From contig NMRA01000125.1 in the NCBI GenBank assembly GCA_002633005.1, positions 777,566 to 841,565 of the forward strand: a stretch of 64,000 bases of DNA. Direction: 5' to 3'. The translations under genes were made by a program, and so were the position numbers. Source of the stretch: Phoronis australis (taxonomy: Eukaryota > Animalia > Phoronida). Within the stretch, counting starts at the first letter, position 1. Every line of letters starts with the position of its first letter. Shown here piece by piece: positions 51,067-62,390 of the stretch. The notes under the pieces were generated by a model that was not told where the DNA came from, did not search any database, and saw only the letters and a program-made list of their open reading frames with translations.

Positions 51067-51296
51067 CCAGTCATTAAATGCCTTTTCAGCCTCTCCATTT
51101 AAATCCCCGATGTGTCCACGAACACCATTTGTAACTACACTGCGTGCTGATCTAACGTGACTTATTTCTTGGTCCTCCGTCTCCAACACCTTGCTCCGTA
51201 ATCCCTCCAACAGGACAGATCTCCTGACTGGCTCCGCTGGTCGACAAAGGACGGTGCAAATCAGTGCGCTGAACACAACGATGGAGTTGCTATTAA
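51067..51296 (-). CDS. Orphan secreted helical-cytokine-like protein, exon 2
   Basis: Acceptor ttcttttttcag|TT, donor TGG|gtaagt. 230 nt, phase 1-0. Contains the signal-peptide core IVVFSALICTVLC-RP, a dibasic RR, the furin-type site RSAR and then VVTNGVRGHIGDLNGEAEKAFNDW. Confidence 0.8.
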
Positions 51297-51404
51297 CTGA
51301 AAAAAGAATATTGGCACTGACACGATATACGCAACGAGTAAGTCGTGGTCTCTTATATCACCGTTATAAATAGTTAGATATTTAAAAAAATAACGTCTAC
51401 CTAC

Positions 51405-51408
51405 CCAT
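51405..51408 (-). CDS. Orphan secreted helical-cytokine-like protein, exon 1 coding part (ATG G)
   Basis: accATGG|gtaggt: strong Kozak context and a phase-1 donor that matches exon 2 across a 108-bp intron. It is the first ATG downstream of the TATA-predicted TSS. Confidence 0.7.
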
Positions 51409-51527
51409 GGTAAATGCGGTATGATAACTCAACTTCGACGGATAAATAAGTATATATTATATGTATATGCAGGTCCCTATGATACGCTTCACAATCGTTT
51501 GGATGAAAATGTTGAGCGACATCACCT

Positions 51528-51688
51528 TATTTATAGTCCCAGGTCCTAGTTCCTTAATTTACTATTCTAAAAATAATCCCCCTCAACTATTGTAGGCGTT
51601 AGGTTTTGTCTTATTGCTTTCGAGAATTCGCTACTCGCTGGTCAGTTCCGAGTGACGTCATCTCACTTGTTCCCACGTTTGTGATTGG
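51528..51688 (-). promoter_or_regulatory. Proximal promoter of the secreted-protein gene
   Basis: TATAAATA at 51535-51528, palindromic CRE TGACGTCA at 51653-51660, CSL/Su(H) consensus CGTGGGAA at 51677-51670, and CCAAT at 51688-51684. Confidence 0.6.
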
Positions 51689-54600
51689 CCCTTTGAAATC
51701 TCGCTCAACATTGATTCATTCGTAGTAAAATCCTGTCGAAGGAAACTTGAAAAAGATGCGGTGATAAAAAACAAGTGTTATAATGATGAAGTAATTATAG
51801 AAATATCATTCAACACTTCCTGAAGTGGGTTGGTAAAATTTAAATTTTGGCCAGAGTTGTCCAAGGAGGAAGCCTTATCATTTAACTATCGGTCGACGGT
51901 GCCCTCCCAGTGTGCCTAAATCCGAGCAACAAGACCCCAACAGTCCAGCCAAGCGCATTACGGACACTTAACTACCAAATGATAACGTTGCGCATTTCCA
52001 TTAGTTCTTGGGTAATTTTAATTCCATTTTCATTATCGTTTTCGCCGATCGCGACAGGACAGTTGTCGAGATATACAAAACTCAGGATATAGCAATCCAC
52101 AATAAGTTCCATGTTATCTATTGTTTCGCAGAGGTACGAAAGTGTAAGAACATCCTACTACTGCCTCAGGGATTTGTTGCCCAAAGCAACAGCCTGGCGT
52201 GATTCTTCCGTCACGCTCCCTACTCTGTATGGCACGATGGAGGCTTTATGAAGCGGGAATTGAACCACTAGGTTTCACATTCTTTATTGCTTCGCAGTTG
52301 CACGAAACTGGTAGAACCAATTGCAAGCCTCTGTGGTTTCCTGTGTCTGACACTGTCGTGTTTATACTTCGGCCAATCATGTGTCAGTCTCTAAGTTTTG
52401 TTAAAAAAACACAGAATTCACAATCGAATGTCCAAGAAAAAACGTTAGCCATTTACATGCAATAATGCTTGCTTTACTTCACGTACACGTGTTGTGACAG
52501 TTATATTTATACAAGAGGCACTAATTTTCACTTTCCATTACACGTCACGTTATCAGCTAGTAGGACTCGACTGACGTGGATGTCGGTGACATTAATCTTG
52601 CCTTCACGTTGCCAAATTTTCGTTTTTTCAACATTTTACATAATGCAAAGCACGTCTCAATATACAGATTAAAAATGAGCTGAGTTGTGAATATATGTCG
52701 GTCTGTAACGGACAATTTCAAAATAATTAGTTTATCTATTAGGTATTACAATTTGTCATGTGCATCAAGCTAGACTCTAGAAACATTTAGTAGAAACAAA
52801 AACGCAGTAAATAAGATGAAATCATGTTTACCATCAGTAATGTTAACAATGCAATTATTTTAAATTGCGTGTTTAAAAAGACCTTTAAGATTTTGTAGAA
52901 ATAATAGCGACCGCGATTCATAAATTGGTTGATTTTCAATTCGATAAATACTAATGAAATTTCGCCTGTCGCACGCTGCTGGTGTCTTTTTTACGAGGTG
53001 TTATACACCAAGTAGGCATTTAGTATAGGATACCATATACCTTTACGGAATCACTCGTCGTCGAGTGTGCACTCTACATTCGTCACAGGGATCGGGGTGT
53101 TATGTGAGAACGACGAGAAGAAATGTCACGGTTGTCTATTTACACCAGCTGCTTGCCTATTTAGATTGACACGATGTTTCGCTCGGTCATTTCTCGTGGC
53201 ATATTCAGGTGTTACAGCGATGTTAGAAGAACGAGCACACACTAGACTCGTGAGATTGGCGAAATAGATAAATTGATTTAACTAAATCACTACCTCAAAG
53301 CGGTTTGTGAACCCATGAGAAGAAAGAAAAAATGCGATACTATCCAGAAAAGGAAAATGCCCGGCGCTTGGCCCCTGACTCTGAGTAACGTGTCTCGTCC
53401 GGAATGAAACAATGTGGGAACTAAGGGTTCTCAATGCAATTTGCCATATCCAAACAAGAAACAGTGGCTTGCTGAGCTTGAGAAATTCTCATCTGAGTCA
53501 CCATTCATAGACCTTGCGCACGTGTGATTGGACCAGAATTCCTTGGATACTTGCAGGGACGTCGGGCTGATCCACAGGCCGTCTCGTATTCAATTTTATG
53601 GAAACCCTCGTCCCTTCTCTGCTTCGTAATCACAAAACGAACGCATTCATTTTTTCGTGTTCGTGGAGTAGTGGACCATTATTGCTGGTTCCTAGTGCCA
53701 ACTGAGATGATTTTATCCTGCGCTAATGATGCAAGTAATAATAGAAGAGTTGTGATGACACGATCACCCATTATTGCAGTCAGTGGTGGTAACACTCTGG
53801 GCGATCACCTTAGGTATAGCGTTTTGCCTGAGCGGACCCGTTTATGTTACTTCCTAATTGCTTTTATGAAACATCATTACCTAATAAAGGGTGCACATGA
53901 GTAGGATAAATGGGCGTAAACCAACATCGCCAAAGGTAAAATGCATTTCACCTCTTAGGTAAAATGTTTAGTCTATTTAATTCGAGGAACTCGAGTAAGT
54001 AAGCAACACAAAGCAATTAATACACGTCGTAACTGTTGCAGGTAAAAATGATTGAGATTCTGATCTCGACGGGACGACATTGTCACATTGACGCGACGCT
54101 GTTGACTGTAATTCACCCGTAAGTCTAATTTTCTTTGGAAGACGTCTTGTAAACAGTTGAAGGTCCAAACACTAGCCCGCCAAATACACAGCTTTTTACT
54201 ACACTTTTTTCATTGAACCGCTGGTCGTTATTATCTTGTGTTTACAAGAGAGTTTACAGGTGATGATAGTAATTCTTGCGTCTCTGTTATTAATATTACG
54301 AGTTTGTTATTGTAATGTACCAGTGCTAGTCTTGCCATGTTATTGTTGCAAGGATCGCTAACAAAATTATTGTGGTCATCAACTCCGTGATAATAGAACT
54401 ATTATATCTACTTCCCACTGGGTTGGGCAATGATACATACGGACCCTGCTTACTTTTCGACTGTCAAAATCACTGTCCAATATACACATCACTGGTTCAT
54501 CCTATGCAACACACAATGGGTGTGTCGGGGAGGGGCAGGGGCTGTTGTTTTATGAGCTAACCTGTGTGTTTAGCTGCTGTTCACGTATCTGTGAACAAGG

Positions 54601-57600
54601 ACTCATTGTGTTGTCGTTGTATACTAGGTGATCTCTCAGAGAGGAAGTTGTGCAACTTGATCTTTCAATGATTGTCAAGTTCGCGATGTATTGCCGTTAG
54701 TATTGACATGTCGAGTATTACCCGGTAAGCACACTCTATAATCGCTTTGAGGCTCAACTGGTGAATTATAAATGTATTTAATGTTAGTTGAATAGAAAGA
54801 CACCATTGCATTGCCCTTCATGTTATAATAAATTTATGTGATTGTAAGCTTCCAATGATTTTGAAAAAAAAGAAAAGGAAGCCAACCGTGTTTACCTCCA
54901 ACGTGGCATTATTTTACAAGTATTCTGGCCATTGATAAAACGTGTCGCTGAATAGCCCACACCATTCTGTTAAAAAATGAATTGAACGCCATGGCAATGC
55001 TTGCTAATGTTTGAGCGTACTCTAAGCAGAACGGAAAAGAGTGGGGTTTTATTGAACGAGCCTACGGGTCTGGTTTACGTGTAGGTTCATTGTTCAGACG
55101 TTATTGCTCTTGCACGACTAGAAATGGTACTCATTTCGGTTGTGTGTACTCAACGTTAGGGAAGGTGCAGCGATGCGAGAGGCTAGTATAAACATCCTAT
55201 TACATGCATCTTTATGAATGTCAGACTTCTTTTTGGCACCAGTTGATACAATTTAGTCTAATAGATCTTACTAAAATTCCAATACTTTCTTTATCAGTGT
55301 CATAAAAACGCCATTGGCTGCGAAACACTCAATTAGCGATGGTGGTATTGTATTATCACTTCTCGACGTGCAAGTAGGGAAAACCTCATCTCAGTATCCC
55401 AGAAACTTGAGTCCGTGGGCTTCTGTGTTGTGAACATCAGGGACAGCTACAGTATTTAGCAGTAGCTTACTACACAAGCATTACTTGACCGACTTGGTGT
55501 CACATAAAACCACTTAACCAATATACAATCGGCTTACCACAGGAAAACAAATGAATAACGCGCCATAGAACTTCAGTGCGAAGCTTCGTAAGTATGCAAG
55601 CCACTTCAAAAATCATACAGGATTGTTTAAGGGCTAATGCATCTACCAAAAAGCCAATTCGCGCGACCGCACCATTGTGTTGGTATCCGTGATACATACT
55701 GAAAAGCATAGATAGTGAGTTGGACGGAAATTAATAGATCAAATTTGGAGTACTTGACACTCTCTGGTAGAATTGGGGCAATCTCAACTCATTTTGTCGT
55801 TATGGTGCATTGCATTTGCGCTTAGTTTTGTACAGGCGTTTTTCGTACAAACATTAAAAATGTCCGCCTTTCTTAAGCGACGGAGTGTAATATTTTTAGA
55901 GTCAACAGAAAACTTGCCGTTAGCAAAAACTTATTTTACTATGATGTAATATTTAACATCAAAATATTTAATTATTTAAATGAGGTATGTGTGTGACAAG
56001 GTTACCATTTGTGCTGTGGGTTAGATGAACAGGTGAAGAATAGCAGACTGGGACAAGGGGTCCAGTATGCAATGGCCCATCTTGTGGAAATTTAATAGGA
56101 ATTTAACACCTCGGTGATAGTCGCCAAGACTGATGATCGGTCTGTTTCACATCGCCTGATCATGACCAATCACGTGCTCTCATTATTGACCATGAATAAA
56201 GGTAGGGTCCATTGATTAAGAAACTGTGACGGGAGAGCGGGTTGGGTCACGACGACAAAGGCTGTATCCTAAAATAAAGTCACGAGTTCACAATTCACAA
56301 GCCTGAAAGAGTTTCCTTGTACCGGTGTTGGATTGGCGAATTGTGAGCTTGCTTTCTCTCTATAAACAAACATTCAATCGCAGGAATTGCCAGTGTCTCA
56401 AGACTCGGATTTGGCAGTAACGATCGAGGATTGGTAGAGATTAATGATTTGAAATCGCCGGTTTTTCCAGATTACAGCGACTTTCAGACGATAGGCTGAT
56501 GTTTGCTGTCGACCTCCATCAATTGATCGTTGACGTTTTGACATTTCACGCACTTTACAACATTGTTATTTCAGCACTTTTTTGTCGAAGGTGTCTCACT
56601 CGGTTGTTGTGGATTTTTTGCTAAATAATCAGCCGATAAACGTCCGATGCGCGTTAATGGTTGTGTTATGCTCAGGTATGTTTACCTGTGTGTATCGAAA
56701 TACTGACACTTATTTCCGATTTCTCCGCCTGAGTTGGTTTAGAATGCGTAGAGTAGTTTATGCACTGGGTCTGTTTAATTAATTCTCTGTGCTGACGCAG
56801 AACGACTCCGTTGTCCAATGTTTATACAATCACTTATTCTTCTGTTATCGTGTATTGTGTGGTGGCTAATTTATTATTACCTGAGGCCAAAGATTTGACA
56901 CAGGTGAGACCTTATAGTGCACCTGGCGATAGCAATGATAGCTGTACACAGCTAAGGAAACTGACCTGTCATTTCCATGTCAGGTGTTCTTGCCACTACA
57001 GGCCGGTTTTGTCGCAAATGAATACCGTTTCTAATTTCGCGACAGTTTACACAGTAAATAATACTACAATAAACCGAATGTCACATTAAGAAGTTAACTT
57101 GAAAAGGCGGGAGTTTTATATCGAGCTTTGATATTCGAACTCGTTGTGATATTCCCAGTCACTGAGAACAAGGAAACGCGCCACTAAATAGGGTCACCGA
57201 TATTTAAAATCCTACGTTTTATTATTCTGTTTTAAAACCATGCCGTGGAATACAAGCTTGTCTATAGAAGCCAATGTTTGAGTTAAAAAAACATAAGACA
57301 CGAATAATACTCTGGAATCGGGACGACCGGGGGAATCTTTCGTTAGCGAAAATTATCATTACGAATAAGAAACTCCTACACTACTATCTCCAATCACAAA
57401 CTTCACATTGAAAATCATCTTGTACATGACTTTGTCTGGAAACTGAAAACACTTAGTCGCACAAAGGCGCACCATAGTTTCTATTGCTACATGTAGTAGA
57501 ATGCAGGCATGCAGTTGGTGTTTATTGTTGACAGAGTTTACGCAAACTCACCGAGTCCCTTTATTCTTTTCATTGCAGCTAACATAACTAAATCGTGATT

Positions 57601-60600
57601 TCACGCACTGTAATGTCAAGAATTTCCCTGTTTGAATTTTTGCATGTGTGTTCGAGGTCTAATTCCATAATAATTAGCGATCTGCTAAGCAAAATACCGC
57701 AACAATTAAACGAGTCAACCCCCGTGGCTTGCGTATCCGCAACTATTTCGATTATTAAAAGACAATAATATATGTTGGCTATTAGAAACTAACCTTTTAA
57801 TAAACAGTCGGCAGTAATTCTTTTAAAATATTTAACTCCCCCGTTGTACGATTGAATCTGTAAAATAATATTGACCAAGTTATTAACTTACTTAAGATTC
57901 AGTCGAAAAGTATTCCGTCAAATTGCATACAGTAGCTAATTGTTTAAATCCATTCTTTTATGATGGCCGACCCAAAGCAGGGAATTCGTATAAACTAATT
58001 TAGTGTTTAGTGTCAGACGTAGTCATTGCTATTGCCTTGCAGACAAATTCTGTGTCCAGTGTTTAGTTCCATAAAAAGGCCGTCTTGTAATCTCTCGAGC
58101 AACAGGTGCTAACGGAAATTGGCGATTACGCGTATCGTTGAACCCCAGACGAGGTGTCTACCTTGGGGCTTCACTAAGCCTGTGGCTAAATAGAAAAGTT
58201 GGCCCTAACTTTATCCGACCAAAATACACTTAATGACACTAACACAATACCCCATTGTCCGTGTCTTGAGCAGGAATCTTGGACTAGACAGAATGCACGG
58301 ACGGTGTGCAGAGTTGTTATCTCAACATGTATCCTGTCTTCAGTTTTGTTTGATCTCGCCGAAAGTTTACATACTTTAGTCATGACCAGTCAGTGGGCCG
58401 GATGACCGTTGCCAGCTACTGTTTACAAACGGCTGAAGATCATCAAGCGATGATTTCCAACTTCCACTGCAAGCGTCGATGGACGAGAACGCAAAAACAA
58501 CCTCGGTTCGGTCGAAAGTTAAGTCACGTCGATGTCTCATTGCGATCGTTTCCTTTAGTCTAGACATGGTTTGCTTCAATCTGCGCGTTCGGTGATGTTA
58601 TGATGGCAATATAAATGATAATAATCTTAATAACTGAAATAATTGAAATGTTATCACTAATAACCATTGTGGATGACTCCATAGTGCATTGGACATCACA
58701 AGTCATGATGTAAGCTACCCGAAATCTCTACAGCCGAGACCACGGTGAGTGGTAAAAAGGGAGACGTTTGAGCGTTTCAAAAAATGAAGAACGGGCTAGG
58801 AGAGGGGAGTGGGGTGTATTTTTTTAAGTTTAATTCACTGATGTGCACTGGATAGTTAAACAGAATATCGCGATACACGTAATATATAGGCCCTAAATAA
58901 CAAGGAGTAATATTCCACGTACGGTATTACTAGCGGTCTAAAACGCGAATGGGATTGGGTATTCTACTCATAAAATCAGCCTCAGGATATCCATTACCGT
59001 GATAGTATTACATTTCCGACACCAGTGAACAATAACAACGAAATCATCTTCCACTCAAAAAAACGCTTGAGTACCGTTTTTTGAGGTACGCTTTGCATGT
59101 GACTTGCGTTTGTTACAAATGGCTTCGGGAAACACGATATGGAGTCTAATACATATTCCAGCGACTGTTATTCTCTTTTCGGGAATTCTGGGTCCTCATC
59201 TTCCATTTCCGCCTTGACTTTTCAGCTATTTATTTCATTACGTACCAATGAGGGGTTGCAATTTTACTTTTTCCGCTCGGGAATTTTATTGTTTGAATTT
59301 TTGTTTCGTCTTTTTGCTCCATTTCCGTCTTTCAGATCCAGCCCTTTACCGGTCTTCCTTTGATGAAAAAAAAAACGTATCCTGTTTGTACATGGAGCTT
59401 TTGTCAATTATTTCCAACAACGGTAAACAACTTCACGTTTTATTTGTACACTGGTTTATTTCCTATGCCGTTGCCACGTCAGTCGTTGGGCGCTAACTGC
59501 AGGGCAGGGGGTCCTCTTGGACTCATCACCATAGCTCATCTATTTCCTTTTTGCTCAAGACCAGAAATATTACTAATAACTTGCTCATCATAAATGTCAT
59601 CGGAATATGTTTGAAAGTTGTATTCTACTGACTCACAGTGATGGTAGAGGCGATATTTCTTTTATTTCCAAACTGTTTGCCTTGTCTTCTAGTCAGCCGT
59701 GATTCACAGTCTAATGTTGAAAGGCGATGTTCTTTTTGTGGAATGGTGTAGGATTAAATAACTTGTTGATTGCCAGTTTTCCACCGGCAATAAATTGATG
59801 GAAGAGGCGAGATACGTACCGGAAAACGCTATGTGAGTATGATACATGTCCGTTACTCGTTCTCGCTTGTGGATATTTCAAGCATTGACATACAAGTTTA
59901 TTATTCTTAAAGACACGAGGCTTGAGTCGTCATTGACCTACATGTAGGTCTTTGTGCGCTCAGATGAGATAGTTTGTTTACTTAGTGTGAGCTAGCGTGA
60001 TCGTCTTGTTTACCTTAACACTTAACACATACTTAAGCCAACAGTAATTAAATAGAACTTGTTTCAAATAATAGACCCACAACGTCACTTCAGTAAGATT
60101 TTACTCCCAATGGTATAGTGTGGCAATTGTAAAATGCATCAGTAAAATTAAAACAATGGTCACAAAATGTTTGCTTTCAGTGCTTGTAGGTTTTGAATTG
60201 ATGTAAAATTTCTACGATCATTAACTCTTCCGCGTGTTGGTGTGAATTGACTTATTGTCTATTTTTTCGCGAATACACGAGGGATTCCGTGAATCCTTGA
60301 GCTTCAGGCCTACCTTCAGAATGGTGGAAATCGAAATTATAATCTCAACATCGATTACTGACAAATGCTGTGCACTGGCACACCCGATGTTTATTATCGC
60401 TCCTACATGAATGAAACCTGTGTATTGACTGGCCTTTTGATTGGTCGTAACAACGCTAGGTTTATTTCCGCAACTTATCATCAGAGCCGATAATCTTATT
60501 TGTCAACATCTATATTTAGCTTGACCCGCAGGCTTATTGTTGTTATGAATGGAACACGTCATTTGGGTATGACAATCACAGTAGCCAATAGGAATCCAGA

Positions 60601-62236
60601 AGCTGGGGTTTCCCGTATTGCCGAGGTAGGTAGACAGCCGCGTACGTCAAACTGGGTCACGAGACAGATTGGTCTCGAAATAACTGTACGTAACTGTGCA
60701 CTCTGTCAGCCGGGATTTATTCGCTAGCTGGTTTCAATTCAGTTCTTTACTAATCAAATTATCCGTTTAGTGAATCTCACCGGGGATACGTAAGGAAGGG
60801 CTGAGTTAATATGAGTGCAATATGCTGATACTGCACTGTTTCTACACTTAGTTAAATAACCGTTCAGACTCGCTTTCCGTCCAATAAGCGACCTTTTGAT
60901 TTAGGCCACTTAGCAGACACAGGTTGTTTAAAAATTCTCGACTTGTTCCTTTCTCAGGTGTTAAATGGTTTATGGGATTAAAAATATGTGACACTTCATT
61001 GCTCCTAAGGCTGCACGTACCTGATGCTTGGCGCCCTGTTTACCAGATGCCACGCAGTGGCGAGTCGATGTATACAATCTGGTTCCAAGCAACAATAACT
61101 TGCTACATTCTATTTCTTTCGAAGCCCCCAAACAGCATCAGATTTGACAACAGGAACAGTTTGAGAGAAACGAAGTGGTCAATACTCGTTTTAGTGATGA
61201 TAGATAGCTTTTGTAACCGCTTGCCTGCCATCATACAATATTTCTAAACATGTGTCAGTTAATGCGGCGTTTTTGCCTTCTCCAGTTATAAGTAGCCAAG
61301 TCGGCACAAGTGCCTGTTCAAAATCGCTTTCTCAGGCTGGCGTTTTCTGAAACCGTGTCTCCCTGGCTCTTCCTGCCAATTCATGACGTCACTGGAGGGT
61401 TTCCTCTGATGTTAAAGAGTCTGTCCGGAATCGAACACCATAATCACTTGAATCTGGTAAACATCACTAACCTAGTGGTTAACAATGATGCCTGGTGCCT
61501 CGTTAATGTCTTTCCTCTTCAAATCAAGAGGCAACGGTACTTTTACGAAGCTTTTGGGTAGTCAGTGACGGGAAGGCTCACTGTCACTGACGACTTTCTA
61601 ACAGGATGGCCCCAGCCTCGAATTTAATTCATAAGTAATACCCCGTTCATTCATGACATTTTTAGCAAGATGTCTTTTCACAAATGTTTTAATTTAAATC
61701 ACTTTTGAAGTCAGAGGATGTCCACTCAGGTTTGACCGCCGTGGAACCCACACGGCGACAACGAACTGAAGGACCTGGGGCGGGACTTGTGATGAATGAT
61801 GGAAAAATGTTGAGTGACAGCAACATCGGAGGGGGGATACGCACTGGCCCGAGGTCTGGCCAAGGCTGGAGCACGGAAAGGGGGGGGGTGACTATTGTAC
61901 TTGGGAGTGGTCCCGGTGTGGGAGATCTGAGTATCCAACCAAAAAATCAAAATTCGAACCCACCCCACTTGGGATTCAGCATACTAAATGTCGCCAAACC
62001 AGTGGGAAATTTTAGGGGTGAATGTGAGATTTGTCCTCCCTCCGTCGTTATGTGGATAAGCAGGAACCATGTGCACACTTCTGATCACATATGATGTCAT
62101 TATTGTTTCACATAATGCATTTCCTAGGTTTCTATCTCAATTGTCAGTCTTTTGTGTGGCTCCTGATGTCACAGTGGAGGATATTTTCCCTTTTCAACGT
62201 CTAAAATTGGTTTTTAAGAGTAGGAGCCCTTATATT

Positions 62237-62390
62237 CAGGGGCGGATCCATGATTTTGAAATAAGGGGGCCAGGCCAGTGTATTAGAAGGATTTTTCCTG
62301 TCAGACGTTCGCCCTCACGACCTGCCAATTGGAATCTGGGAGAATTTTAGGGGGGCATGACCCCTTGGCCCCCCTCTAAATCCGCTTCTG
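62237..62390 (-). mobile_element. hAT5-like MITE (5-bp TSD ATATT)
   Basis: TIRs CAGGGGCGGAT / ATCCGCTTCTG, with ATATT on both sides. Reverse-orientation homolog of 14145-14302. Confidence 0.8.

Noticed and set aside
56330-56680. Possible plus-strand first exon (TATAAA at 56361, donor CAG|gtatgt near 56675)
   Set aside because: Signals only; no coding or homology support within the window.
61020-61400. Possible second minus-strand promoter or exon (CRE at 61384, donor CAG|gtacgt near 61020)
   Set aside because: I could not assemble an open, splice-consistent coding model, and saw no paralog of the cytokine-like exons.
61705-62094. 129-aa Gly-rich ORF
   Set aside because: GC-rich, repeat-like DNA with a non-ATG start, and no domain or splice support.
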